From: Bacteroidota bacterium
Lineage (GTDB): Bacteria > Bacillota > UBA4882 > JAAYXC01
NCBI GenBank assembly: GCA_050260415.1
Contig: JBLNCE010000150.1
Span: forward strand, 5,313-69,312
Direction of reading: 5' to 3'
DNA length: 64,000 bases
Below are positions 7,188 to 16,368 of this stretch, piece after piece. The number at the start of each line of letters is the position of its first letter. Position 1 is the stretch's first letter. Made by a program: the position numbers and the translations under genes. Below the pieces are notes generated by a model. That model was not told where the DNA came from. It made no database searches and saw only the letters and a list, made by a program, of their open reading frames with translations.

Positions 7188-8225
7188 TTGGCCAGTAATA
7201 CGATTACGGCCGCCGACGTAGCGCGACTTGAGACTCAGTTGGCCTCGCTCAAGCGCCAGGACATCGCCATGCTCGGCGACGGCCAGGTGTTCATTCGGCG
7301 GCTTCCGAACGGTGGGCAGATCCGGGCCGTCAAGGGCGCCATCGTGCTCAGGGAGCATAACGGTGAGATCGCCGGGATCCAAGGCAAATGGATGACCACT
7401 TCCAAAGGGTTCAACTCCCTGAATCAAATCGCCGGGCTCTCCATCATCACCCCTGAAAGATTGGTCCTGCCCAGCGGGGAGACCGTGGTCAACCCATACC
7501 CGCTGCAGGATCCGGAGAGCGGATCGATAGCCAAGGTCTGGGTGAGGAAGCTTGCAATCGGCTACGGTCCAACCGGCAATCTGGTCGTCACCAGCGCCAC
7601 GCTGCTCTACGACATCAAGATATACTTCATCCAGGACGTGCTCAAGAAGGTCAACAAGAGCAAGGATGCGGGCCGGGTGTGCCTGGAAAGCCAACTCACG
7701 GACAATGAGAAAGCCTCCGGCCTGTTCCTGCGTATCGACGGGCAGATGGGCATCTGGGCGAACTACTGTCACAGCGAGATCCTGACGGCCATGGAGACCT
7801 TCGTCAACAAGAAGCTCTTCGCCGAACGAAATGCCCAGAGCATTGCCGAACGGCTGGTCATGGCCAAGCACCCGGCTTTGGCGCATGCCGCCTATGTCGA
7901 TGTGACCGGGCCGGATAGAAACCATGCGACCCGTGTCCCGGTGGTCGGATTCGTGAACGACCTGACCCGTGAGCAGATGATGGACATCACTGCACAAGCT
8001 GAACGTGGAGACATCGAGATTCAGGTCGGCGGCCAGAAGGCTCAAGTCGTCGAGATCACGGGCGCCGCCTCGATGGAGGACATCGAGACCGAGAAAGACG
8101 CCGAAGAGGAGACAGCCACCAATACCACCACCGAACACTCGTCCCATGCTGAGACCGGCAACTCAAGCGGGCCATCGGGCGCTGCCCACAAATCGCTCTT
8201 TGATGTCGGAGGTGAACGGCTTTGA
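7188..8225 (+). CDS. hypothetical protein; possible single-strand annealing protein by position only
   Basis: 345-aa ORF immediately after the exonuclease, with an acidic C-terminal tail. No family motif recognised. Confidence 0.5.
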   Translation: MASNTITAADVARLETQLASLKRQDIAMLGDGQVFIRRLPNGGQIRAVKGAIVLREHNGEIAGIQGKWMTTSKGFNSLNQIAGLSIITPERLVLPSGETVVNPYPLQDPESGSIAKVWVRKLAIGYGPTGNLVVTSATLLYDIKIYFIQDVLKKVNKSKDAGRVCLESQLTDNEKASGLFLRIDGQMGIWANYCHSEILTAMETFVNKKLFAERNAQSIAERLVMAKHPALAHAAYVDVTGPDRNHATRVPVVGFVNDLTREQMMDITAQAERGDIEIQVGGQKAQVVEITGAASMEDIETEKDAEEETATNTTTEHSSHAETGNSSGPSGAAHKSLFDVGGERL

Positions 8226-10399
8226 TTGATGCGATTTATTACAGGAACCTCAAAGGCCAAACTTGCGCTCAGCAGCTCACCGGCCGTGACATCTTCATCG
8301 GGCCGAATGGATCCGGGAAGACCTCCCGGATCCAGGCCCTCGGCCTCTCCATGCTCGGCTACGTGCCGGGCAACGGCAAGACGGAGGCCGAGACATTCAA
8401 GTTGGCCACGGGCCAGGTTATGTCGGTTGGTTTGCATACTTCCGATCAGTTCGGATTCGAGCGCCAGTTCGTCAAGAATGAGGACTACAACCGCAAGACC
8501 GGCGAACGGACGGTCAAGATCACCCAATCCATCCAGGTCTTTCCCGGCCGGGGCGAGGCAAACGACACCCAGCGGAAGGCGCGGATCGCCGAGGAGGTCG
8601 GAAGCTTCCCGGTCATGCTCGACTTCAACGAGTTTCTCGCTCTCTCTGATGCCAAGCGGCGCGCCTTCTGGTACGGCCTCTCGCCGATCATGGCGTCTGA
8701 GTGGAGCAAGGACCGGATTCGGGAATACCTGGCCGAGCATCTCCTTACTCCCGAACTGCAACAAAATAACCCGGAGCACTACCAGGTCATGCAGGAACTG
8801 ATCGCCGAGGCCATGGCACAATTCCCGGCCGGCTACAGCGTCAGCGACGGCCTCCAGGCCATGATTGACTGGGTAACCCCCAAGCTCAAAACCGAGAAGG
8901 GCAAGAAGCAGGATGCCCAGGGCGCAGTGCGTCAACTGGCCGAACTCAAGAACAAGCTGGAGGAGACCGACCGGAACATCGAGGCCGAACGGGCCGAGTT
9001 GGAGAAACTCCGGCAGAAACTGGTCGAGGTTGAGAAGCAGATCTCCAGGGACACAGAAAAGAAGCGGATCTTCGACGAACGCAATCGCCGGATCGAGGAG
9101 TTGCGTAACATCATCGCCAGATTGGAAGCGCCAGAGAAGCCGGCGCAGGAGGAATCGGCGCCTGCACAAGAGGAGACAGTTAGTCTGGCGGACCTGGACA
9201 AGCAGCTTGCCGATCTTCGCGCGCAACTGGTCACTGTCGACTCATCGGCCGTTGATACGCTCGAAGCGAGGCAGACAGAGATCGCCGCGGCCGTCGAGCC
9301 TCTCAACAAGCGCAGGGAGGAACTCGCGGGGAAGCTCACCCAGAACCGGGCGGGCTTAGCCACGTTGGAGGAATCCCTCAAGACCATCAACGGGCTCAAT
9401 GGGGTCTGTGTCATCGACAAGCGGATCGGCTGTGACAAGGACTTCACCAAGTATCGCGCTTGGGTTGAAAAGAAGCGGGTAGAGGCCTCGGCGGAAATCG
9501 CCCGGCTCCAAACCGAACTCAATGGCGCGATCAAAGAACTCAACGCCCTCCTAGATGAGGAACGACAGAACAAGGAAACCATCCGCCAGTTGCTCGAGGA
9601 AGGGAAGAACGCCAACAAGCGAAACAGCGAACTCAATGAGCAGATCGCCGAACTGGAGCGCAAACGAAACGAGATCCTCACGGCTGACGATCGGCGTCAA
9701 GGCCAGATCAAACTCCATCGCGACGAACTCACCCGACTCATGAACGAGCCGGCAGACCCCATCGCCCCGTTGGATATTCTGGAAAAGCAGGCCGAGGGCT
9801 TCCGGACCAGGATTGAGGTGCTCACCGCCTCGGTCGAGGAGAAGACAAAGGCGCGGCAGACCCTCGTCTTGATGCAGCAGTCAATGCTAGAAAACAAGAC
9901 TGCCGAACTCAAGGCCGCCTGCCTGAAGAGCATCTCCGAATCACTTGGCCCCAAGGGCATCCAGGGCGAGCTTGTCAAGGAAGTTCTTGGCCCGATCAAG
10001 GATGACATCCAGGCGAACTTGCGAACCATGGGCTTCGATCGCGAACCGTTCTTCGAAACCGAAAGCGACACGGGCAAGGAGATCTTCCAGTTCGGGTGGA
10101 TTAACGAGAAGGGCCATCGGGTCAACTTCGACGCCTTGTCCGCAGGCGAGCAGACAATTTTTTTGGCTGCGATGATGACAACCATCATCAGCCGAGCCAA
10201 TCCCAAATTGAAACTGCTCGTCATCGATAACCTGAACCACCTGGATCGCCAGAATCTGCAGCTTGCGCTGAATGGGCTGGGGCGCATCTCTGGCCTGGAT
10301 AATATCGTGCTGGCCGGTGCAATCGAGTTCCCGTTCGAGGCGGACGGGTGGAAAGTGTGGTTGCTCCGGCCCGAGAAGGAGGCGAGCGAGGTTGCCTGA
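8222..10399 (+). CDS. SMC/Rad50/SbcC-like ABC ATPase with a long coiled-coil insert
   Basis: Walker A GPNGSGKTS. About 350 aa rich in heptads (E/K/L/Q). Signature-like LSAGEQ and Walker B LLVIDNLNHLD near the C-terminus. Confidence 0.75.
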   Translation: MIDAIYYRNLKGQTCAQQLTGRDIFIGPNGSGKTSRIQALGLSMLGYVPGNGKTEAETFKLATGQVMSVGLHTSDQFGFERQFVKNEDYNRKTGERTVKITQSIQVFPGRGEANDTQRKARIAEEVGSFPVMLDFNEFLALSDAKRRAFWYGLSPIMASEWSKDRIREYLAEHLLTPELQQNNPEHYQVMQELIAEAMAQFPAGYSVSDGLQAMIDWVTPKLKTEKGKKQDAQGAVRQLAELKNKLEETDRNIEAERAELEKLRQKLVEVEKQISRDTEKKRIFDERNRRIEELRNIIARLEAPEKPAQEESAPAQEETVSLADLDKQLADLRAQLVTVDSSAVDTLEARQTEIAAAVEPLNKRREELAGKLTQNRAGLATLEESLKTINGLNGVCVIDKRIGCDKDFTKYRAWVEKKRVEASAEIARLQTELNGAIKELNALLDEERQNKETIRQLLEEGKNANKRNSELNEQIAELERKRNEILTADDRRQGQIKLHRDELTRLMNEPADPIAPLDILEKQAEGFRTRIEVLTASVEEKTKARQTLVLMQQSMLENKTAELKAACLKSISESLGPKGIQGELVKEVLGPIKDDIQANLRTMGFDREPFFETESDTGKEIFQFGWINEKGHRVNFDALSAGEQTIFLAAMMTTIISRANPKLKLLVIDNLNHLDRQNLQLALNGLGRISGLDNIVLAGAIEFPFEADGWKVWLLRPEKEASEVA

Positions 10400-10550
10400 G
10401 TTGCTCAAGTGCGGCGTCCCCGACTGCAGCCGGGAGGAACCAGTGCTCTACAGCTACTACTGTCCCGACATCGCGCCAAGATCGATGGGGATCTCCATCT
10501 GCTCCGTCTGTCTCAAGGAGCGCAAGGACAAGGAGGCCGGCAAGAAATGA
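10392..10550 (+). CDS. possible small zinc-ribbon protein
   Basis: TTG-initiated 52-aa frame bridging the ATPase and helicase genes. KCGVPDC...CSVC cysteine pairs. Ends by overlapping the helicase ATG. Confidence 0.3.
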   Translation: MPELLKCGVPDCSREEPVLYSYYCPDIAPRSMGISICSVCLKERKDKEAGKK

Positions 10551-12406
10551 ACCTCCTTGACGGTCTGAATGATGCCCAGCGGGCGGCGGTGGTCTCCACC
10601 GCCCCCGTCCTCCTCTGTCTGGCCGGCGCCGGGAGCGGGAAGACGACAGTCCTCACCCGTCGCGTGGCCTACTTGCATCAGACACAGCGGATCGGCACGT
10701 CGAACATGCTTTGCTTGACCTTCACGCGCTTGGCGGGGAAGGAAATGAAGGAGCGCATCATGCGCCTGGTCGGGGAGCAGGAGGGCAAAAAGCTCTTTTG
10801 CAACACGTTCCATGCGTTCAGTGTTGCCGTCTTGCGCGACTGGGGCAAGCGGATCGGCATCGAGCCGAACTTCAGCATCTACGACCCCGAGGATCGGGAG
10901 TCTATCCTCGGCGGAATTATCGCCGACTTCGGCGGCCGGACCACTCTGAAGAAGGTCCTGGACCGGTTCGAGCATTGCCAAGACGTAAACGAGGAACGCG
11001 CCAAGTTTCCCGAAGAATGCCGTGTGCTTGAGGAATACGGGTATCGCTTACGCCAGAACAATGCCGTGGACCTGGACCGGCTCATCGACCTTGTAAACAA
11101 GCTTTGGACCCAGCACCCCGACGTGCTCCAGCACTACAAGCGCACCTACACCCACGTCTTCGTGGACGAATTTCAGGACACGAACGACGAACAGATGCGG
11201 CTCCTGGAGCTGCTTCATCCCGACAATATCTTCTTCGTCGGCGACGATTACCAGGCCATCTATGGATGGCGCGGCGCCCGGGTGGAGTTCATCATCGAGC
11301 TGCCGGCGTACCGGCCGGACTGTGAAGTCGTCAAGTTGGAGGACAACTACAGGAGCACCCATCCGATCGTGGCCGCGGCCAACGCCGTGATCGGCCACAA
11401 CGCGCACCAGACGTCCAAAACGCTTAGGGCCCATCGTGATGGACAACCGGTCTCGGTCAAGGTGCTACCAGACGTAGCGGAAGAGGCCGGGCAAATCATC
11501 CGCGACATTCGCGATCTACATGGCAGTGGCGATGTTGCCTCGTACCGTGATATCGCCGTCTTGGCCCGGACAAATGCGCATGTTGAACGGCTCAGATGGT
11601 ATCTAGACATGGCTTACATCCCGACAACCTTAGTCTCCGAAGGTGATGACCCGTTCAAGAAGCCGGATATAAAGGGCCTCATGGCGTGGATGGACATCAT
11701 GACGAACAACCGTGACTCCGTTAACCTGCAACGGGCTCTGGCCTTCCCGCAAGAGTTCATCCCCTATATCGCATTCCAGCAGATCAAGCTCGACGCCTTG
11801 CGGCGGGAAGTCTCGGTCCTGGACGCCGTGTTCGACTCGGCTCTCGCGAGCAAGTTCCGTGAAGTCGCGGGGCGGATCGGGGAGCGCCTGAAGTCGTGCG
11901 AACAGGGCACGGCCTCCGAGTTGCTCGGCATCCTCATCGACGAGCTCGGCGTCAGGAAAATGTACGAGGAGAAAGGGCTCACGAACCGTATGCAGGACGC
12001 GAACCGCGCCTATGCCGCAATGCTCCGCTGGGAGGATTCAAAGCGGGTGCTCGGCGAGGAATGCGGGGTCCGGGCGTTCCTGAAGTGGCTCCGGTACCGC
12101 GATGTCCAGGAGAAACTGATTCAGGAGCACCAGGACGCCGTACGGCTCATGACCGTACACGCCGCCAAGGGGTTGGAGTTCCCGGCGGTGTTCGTGGCCG
12201 GCGTGGCCGATGGAGTGTTCCCGTCGAAACGGGCTTTGGACATCGAGGAGGAGCGGCGCCTGTTCTATGTGGCGCTCACGCGCGCGAAGGACTACCTGAC
12301 CGTCACCTGTCCGCAGACTGTCGAGGGGTGGGGCGGGAAGCCATTGGTGGCGGGGCAGAGTAAGTTCCTTGCTGAGATGGGGGTGTCGCATGGTGCATGT
12401 TCCTGA
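10547..12406 (+). CDS. UvrD/PcrA/Rep-family superfamily-1 helicase
   Basis: LNDAQRAAV...AGAGSGKTTVL (motif I), VDEFQDTN (motif II), YRST, VHAAKGLEF, YVALTRAK. ATG at 10547 follows an AAGGAGG RBS. Confidence 0.9.
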   Translation: MNLLDGLNDAQRAAVVSTAPVLLCLAGAGSGKTTVLTRRVAYLHQTQRIGTSNMLCLTFTRLAGKEMKERIMRLVGEQEGKKLFCNTFHAFSVAVLRDWGKRIGIEPNFSIYDPEDRESILGGIIADFGGRTTLKKVLDRFEHCQDVNEERAKFPEECRVLEEYGYRLRQNNAVDLDRLIDLVNKLWTQHPDVLQHYKRTYTHVFVDEFQDTNDEQMRLLELLHPDNIFFVGDDYQAIYGWRGARVEFIIELPAYRPDCEVVKLEDNYRSTHPIVAAANAVIGHNAHQTSKTLRAHRDGQPVSVKVLPDVAEEAGQIIRDIRDLHGSGDVASYRDIAVLARTNAHVERLRWYLDMAYIPTTLVSEGDDPFKKPDIKGLMAWMDIMTNNRDSVNLQRALAFPQEFIPYIAFQQIKLDALRREVSVLDAVFDSALASKFREVAGRIGERLKSCEQGTASELLGILIDELGVRKMYEEKGLTNRMQDANRAYAAMLRWEDSKRVLGEECGVRAFLKWLRYRDVQEKLIQEHQDAVRLMTVHAAKGLEFPAVFVAGVADGVFPSKRALDIEEERRLFYVALTRAKDYLTVTCPQTVEGWGGKPLVAGQSKFLAEMGVSHGACS

Positions 12407-12501
12407 TGCTCGTATCAATCCACCGGAACCTCTTTCCCTCTGTATGGGCGACTGCAGCCGGTGTTCATCGGATCGTCAAGTAACCACGGCACGAAGATGG
12501 G

Positions 12502-12753
12502 GTGAATAACTTCGTGAGCGAACAGGTCAAATACCAGCCCCGCTGGGTGCAATACTGCCGAGTTCATCGAAAGCCGCTCGATTGCAAAGAGCCCAACCTG
12601 CCTTTCATGCTGTGGATTCAGTCGAAGTGGCGGGAGTGGGCGGCAGAAAAAGGCTTGCCCGCCAAGGCCTTGCATCACATCACGGCTGAGATGCATCGGG
12701 AGTTTGACGCGTGGCTTGAGAAATTGCCGGAAGAGAGGGATGGGAATGGTTGA
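12502..12753 (+). CDS. hypothetical protein
   Basis: 83-aa ORF (GTG start) in the co-directional early operon. Confidence 0.4.
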   Translation: MNNFVSEQVKYQPRWVQYCRVHRKPLDCKEPNLPFMLWIQSKWREWAAEKGLPAKALHHITAEMHREFDAWLEKLPEERDGNG

Positions 12754-12877
12754 GCCGCATAGCTGCTGGGAACAGTCGCTTGTCATCAAATGCGACGGAG
12801 TGACAGACACTCGTAAGTGCAAAGTTTGCGGCAGAGAATGGACCTGCCCCTGTAACTTTGACGAGGAATATGATTAA
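12746..12877 (+). CDS. possible Cys-rich small protein (43 aa)
   Basis: ATG overlaps the upstream stop (ATGgtTGA). MVEPHSCWEQSLVIKCDGVTDTRKCKVCGREWTCPCNFDEEYD. Below the ORF-track size cutoff. Confidence 0.35.
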   Translation: MVEPHSCWEQSLVIKCDGVTDTRKCKVCGREWTCPCNFDEEYD

Positions 12878-12921
12878 CCCGGCCTGCCGGGGGAGGCTGA
12901 AACCGGTGGAGGTGGATCAAG

Positions 12922-13122
12922 GTGCCTGAACATATTTCCAACCGGGAAAACGTTAGCTGGATCTTCCACTGCGCCGTTAGCGACCTGAACTGGGAGACCC
13001 ACATGAAGCGCCTGACAGATGAAGAGCTGCTCTATTGTGTTAAGCATTATCGCCTTACAAAGACCGGTGTGGCTAAAATGAGGGCCGAGGCGCGCAGACG
13101 GGGGCTTGAGGCGCAGGCATGA
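12922..13122 (+). CDS. hypothetical protein
   Basis: 66-aa ORF. ATGA overlap with the next ORF. Confidence 0.4.
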   Translation: MPEHISNRENVSWIFHCAVSDLNWETHMKRLTDEELLYCVKHYRLTKTGVAKMRAEARRRGLEAQA

Positions 13123-13367
13123 AACCAAAGATGAGAACTTATGGCCATGCCCTATTCGAACTGCAAAGGGACGTCTATCCGACATGCAACCGTCCTGGTT
13201 GCCACAGGATCGCGCGGTATCACGCGCAGTATGAAGGACGCGAAAAAGATACTCTTATCATGGTTCGAGAGGCGCTCTGCCAGAAGCATGCAAAGGAATT
13301 CGCGGTACGGTACGCGCTGACGATGCCAGATGCCGTACCCATGGCCAAAACCCAGATCGGCAGGTGA
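13119..13367 (+). CDS. hypothetical protein
   Basis: 82-aa ORF, co-directional and translationally coupled upstream. Confidence 0.45.
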   Translation: MKPKMRTYGHALFELQRDVYPTCNRPGCHRIARYHAQYEGREKDTLIMVREALCQKHAKEFAVRYALTMPDAVPMAKTQIGR

Positions 13368-13371
13368 CACG

Positions 13372-14301
13372 ATGTCCGTTGAGCTTGGCGGCCATACACG
13401 CATCAAGAACGAGGTGATGGAGGACCTGGCCCTAGCCGGTCCGGTCCTCGGCATCCATGAATGGCCGATCGTCGTCCTGGTCATGCGTGACTCATGGGGA
13501 TGGGGCGGTGGAGCGACAAACTGGACGCACTCTGCCTGGTGGCCGGCCAAGTTCGCGGAGTACACCGGATTCCACCGGGAGAGCCTGAGCCGCGCCCTGG
13601 CCAACTTGATTCGGGATAACGTCCTGATGGTCCGGGAGGAGGCAGATGGGACCCACCTAGCTGTGAACGAGCACACCAAGACCTGGACCGGAGCGCACCA
13701 GGTAGCCATGGATCACCTTGACCGTGACAAATTATCACGTGATAAATCATCACGGAAGAAAACCGCAGTTCAATGGCGTGACAAATCATCACGTGATGAA
13801 TCATCACGGGGGGGTGTGACAAATCATCACGGGGGGCGTGATGAATCATCACACCCAACAGGGCTCAACCCAAATAATGATGAGGCTTCCGGCGATCCTA
13901 AAGAAAGATCTAAAGAAAAAGATCTTAAAGATGCTGCTGCTATAGGGGAGGGCAAAGGGATGGTTGACTTCGATCCGGATCCGGGATTCGCCCAGGTCGA
14001 GAAGAAGTTGTTTGAGATCACAGGCCGATTGAGCGCGGCTGACACCCTGGCGATCAATGAGGCTCTGAAGGGTGCGACGCCAGAGATTATCTGCCGTGTG
14101 ATGGATGAAAAGGCGGCTAAGTTCGTGCCCAAGTATGAAGGGCACAAGATCAGCAGTTTCGCTTATTTCGTACCGGCAATCCGTGAGGAGGTTGCAGGCA
14201 ATGGCAAACATGGCAAACGGAGAATGGGGAGCCGCTCCCATAGCGCTCGGAACGACATTGCGGCCGGAAATGCGGACTATGCTGGACTCGTCCTGCGGTA
14301 A
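13372..14301 (+). CDS. phage replication initiator (lambda O-like N-terminal winged-helix) containing the iteron array
   Basis: N-terminal region (HTRIKNEVMEDLA...LVMRDSWGWG...FAEYTGFHRESLSRALANLIRDNVL) resembles replication protein O/replisome organiser N-domains. Followed by the DnaC-like loader. Internal iterons. Confidence 0.6.
   Translation: MSVELGGHTRIKNEVMEDLALAGPVLGIHEWPIVVLVMRDSWGWGGGATNWTHSAWWPAKFAEYTGFHRESLSRALANLIRDNVLMVREEADGTHLAVNEHTKTWTGAHQVAMDHLDRDKLSRDKSSRKKTAVQWRDKSSRDESSRGGVTNHHGGRDESSHPTGLNPNNDEASGDPKERSKEKDLKDAAAIGEGKGMVDFDPDPGFAQVEKKLFEITGRLSAADTLAINEALKGATPEIICRVMDEKAAKFVPKYEGHKISSFAYFVPAIREEVAGNGKHGKRRMGSRSHSARNDIAAGNADYAGLVLR
13724..13853 (+). repeat. six 16-nt iterons (putative phage ori) inside the initiator gene
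   Basis: GTGA(C/T)(A/G)AAT(C/T)ATCAC(G/A) at 13724, 13740, 13778, 13794, 13816 and 13838. The best copies are 7-1-7 palindromes (GTGATGA-A-TCATCAC). Confidence 0.7.
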
Positions 14302-15118
14302 CCGCCGGATTGTTATCGGCAAACGGGGTCAATGCCCCGACTGCGGCCAGGCCTATGAGCGCCGGACCTATGAAGGCCGGCTGACGGCCTGGACGCCGGT
14401 CTGTGGCTGCCTTGACAAGCGCATCGCCGCCGAGAGGAAGCGTCTGTGCGAAGATGCCGTGCGGCGCATCCGGCAGGATCGGATCGCTGAACTGTTAGAG
14501 CAGGCCCGCCTTGGCCCCAGGTTCGCCGAGGCGACGTTCGAGGGATATCATGATAGGCCGGGCACACGCCGGGCGTATCTGGAGGCCAGAGCCCTAGTGG
14601 AGCACTGGCCGGAACGGTCAAAGCGGGGCGAGGGATTGCTCCTGATCGGTCCCTGGGGGACGAGCAAGAGCTTCCTAGCCGCAGCCATCGTCAATGCACT
14701 GGTCAAGCGCGGTATGTCCGCGGTCTTCCAGAGCGTGCCCGACCTGCTGCGGCGGTTCCGGGCCACTTACGATCCGAGCAGTGCGGTCAGCGAATCGGCC
14801 ATCCTTGATGCGCTGGCCGAGGCCGATCTCCTGGTCTTAGACGATCTGGGCGCCGAGCGGTGGACCGAATGGACCGAGTCCCAACTGTACCAGGTGATTG
14901 ATGCCCGTTATCGCTGGCGGCGACCCCTGGTCGTCACCACGAACTTACAACTTGGTGGAGAAATCGAGAACACCATCGGATATCGGACGATGGATCGCCT
15001 GGTCGAGATGTGCCGCATGATCGAGACCTCCGGCCCCAGCCTGCGGGTCATGCAGGCGGAGGCGCGGAAACGGCAAGAACAGGCCAGCGGGGAGGGGCTG
15101 AAGGCGAATGAAGCTTAG
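14201..15118 (+). CDS. DnaC/IstB-like AAA+ helicase loader
   Basis: Walker A GPWGTSKS, Walker B LLVLDDLG, sensor TTNL. N-terminal CPDC...CGC zinc motif. Start at 14201 follows GAGGAGG but could be 14270/14279. Confidence 0.8.
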   Translation: MANMANGEWGAAPIALGTTLRPEMRTMLDSSCGNRRIVIGKRGQCPDCGQAYERRTYEGRLTAWTPVCGCLDKRIAAERKRLCEDAVRRIRQDRIAELLEQARLGPRFAEATFEGYHDRPGTRRAYLEARALVEHWPERSKRGEGLLLIGPWGTSKSFLAAAIVNALVKRGMSAVFQSVPDLLRRFRATYDPSSAVSESAILDALAEADLLVLDDLGAERWTEWTESQLYQVIDARYRWRRPLVVTTNLQLGGEIENTIGYRTMDRLVEMCRMIETSGPSLRVMQAEARKRQEQASGEGLKANEA

Positions 15119-15539
15119 TAACCGTCTCCTTGGCCAATTCACCGGCCAACTGACCCTGCAACTCGTGCGGGCCGGGTTCGGGCGCGCGGACCTGCAGCGA
15201 ATGCTCCTCATGGACCGTAGCACTGCCGGTAAATGGGTGACTGTAGCTCGGCACGGTCAGGATCCTTTCCCCTGCGGACAATGCGCTGTTGCCGGCCAAT
15301 GCCAAGCCGCGCCGGAACTCATACAGGCATATGCAGGGGTCATCCGTGCGGCTAGACAAGCGCGGAAATGCGTGGATTCCACGGCAGTGTTCGCCATGGT
15401 CTGCGCGAGCTTTGAGAGAGTAGAGGAGGAGGATGAACCCGATGAAGAGTTTTATCACGGTGTTACTGGTGATGCTGGGTCTGCCTGTGGTGGGAATGAC
15501 CAGCAACCTCGATCGGGCGGCTTTTTATGCGCACAATGA
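15108..15539 (+). CDS. hypothetical protein
   Basis: 143-aa ORF overlapping both neighbours. No motif recognised. Confidence 0.35.
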   Translation: MKLSNRLLGQFTGQLTLQLVRAGFGRADLQRMLLMDRSTAGKWVTVARHGQDPFPCGQCAVAGQCQAAPELIQAYAGVIRAARQARKCVDSTAVFAMVCASFERVEEEDEPDEEFYHGVTGDAGSACGGNDQQPRSGGFLCAQ

Positions 15540-15963
15540 TGACATCGTGCATGATGTCGAAATAGTGCGTCCGCCTCCGGCAGAGGAATGGCTTATCACG
15601 GCCTACTGTGCTTGCACCAAGTGTTGCGGTCGCTGGGCGCAGTACAACGGCGGCGGCTGGACGGCCAGCGGCGCCCGCGTCAAGGAGGGCGTGACCGTGG
15701 CCGTGGACCCCAAGGTGGTCCCGTTGCAATCGGTGGTCATCGTCGAAGGCCATCCCTTCTTGGCCCAGGACACGGGCAGCGCGGTGACCGGTCATCACGT
15801 GGATGTGTACTTCGGCGATCATGGCCAGGCCCGGCTGTTCGGGGTGCAGCGCATGGCCGTCACGGTGATCCGGCCAACCGATTGCGGCTACGGGGAAATG
15901 AGACGGCGTGTCGGTCAAATGTTGCTTGCCTCAAGGTGGGCGGGTTGGCCAAGGCGGCAGTAG
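15433..15963 (+). CDS. secreted 3D-domain (MltA/RlpA-like double-psi barrel) protein
   Basis: Signal-peptide-like N-terminus MKSFITVLLVMLGLPVVG. AYCACTKCCG...TASGARV...VAVDP...DTGSAV.GHHVDVYF matches the 3D-domain pattern. GAGGAGGAGG RBS. Confidence 0.65.
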   Translation: MNPMKSFITVLLVMLGLPVVGMTSNLDRAAFYAHNDDIVHDVEIVRPPPAEEWLITAYCACTKCCGRWAQYNGGGWTASGARVKEGVTVAVDPKVVPLQSVVIVEGHPFLAQDTGSAVTGHHVDVYFGDHGQARLFGVQRMAVTVIRPTDCGYGEMRRRVGQMLLASRWAGWPRRQ

Positions 15964-15978
15964 GGAGGTAATGCAAAG

Positions 15979-16368
15979 ATGTGGCTCATGACCAAGCACG
16001 GATTCTATTCGATAGTCCAGAAGGCTCCGGGAACATATCATGTGCGGGCTCGGGAAAAGCGAGACCTGCAGAATCTGATTAACCGCGTACGCGTACCGCT
16101 AGGACGCATCATCGAAACCCGGAAGGCAGATTATCGGTACCGGCTGTTAGTGGACGGTGACACTTTACTGCGCATCATGGAGTTTCTCGGCGACTCGATC
16201 AACTACGACAACTTCAAGGCCGAGATCGCGCGGACCCCGGACCAGGCGCGTAAGCCGTATCATCAGGTCTGGTCCATCTTGGCGTACGCCCTGGGCGCTT
16301 ATGGGGCACGCCCGGGAGGCTCACGAAGAGGCGCTGCGATGGCTAGGGGGGATGAAGTCTTTGTCTAA
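15979..16368 (+). CDS. hypothetical protein
   Basis: 129-aa ORF with protein-like composition. Confidence 0.5.
   Translation: MWLMTKHGFYSIVQKAPGTYHVRAREKRDLQNLINRVRVPLGRIIETRKADYRYRLLVDGDTLLRIMEFLGDSINYDNFKAEIARTPDQARKPYHQVWSILAYALGAYGARPGGSRRGAAMARGDEVFV

Noticed and set aside
6951-9226. Long minus-strand ORFs (6951-8147, 398 aa; 8042-9226, 394 aa) opposite the recombination/ATPase genes
   Set aside because: These are shadow ORFs typical of high-G+C DNA. Their composition is low-complexity and rich in Arg, Gly and Leu. They lack an RBS, and they fully overlap plus-strand genes that carry clear motifs (Walker A/B, coiled coil).
13724-13853. Possible CRISPR array or coding tandem repeat
   Set aside because: The units are only 16 nt, partly abutting, and have no unique spacers of regular length. 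They lie in frame inside the initiator gene. The iteron/ori interpretation fits better.
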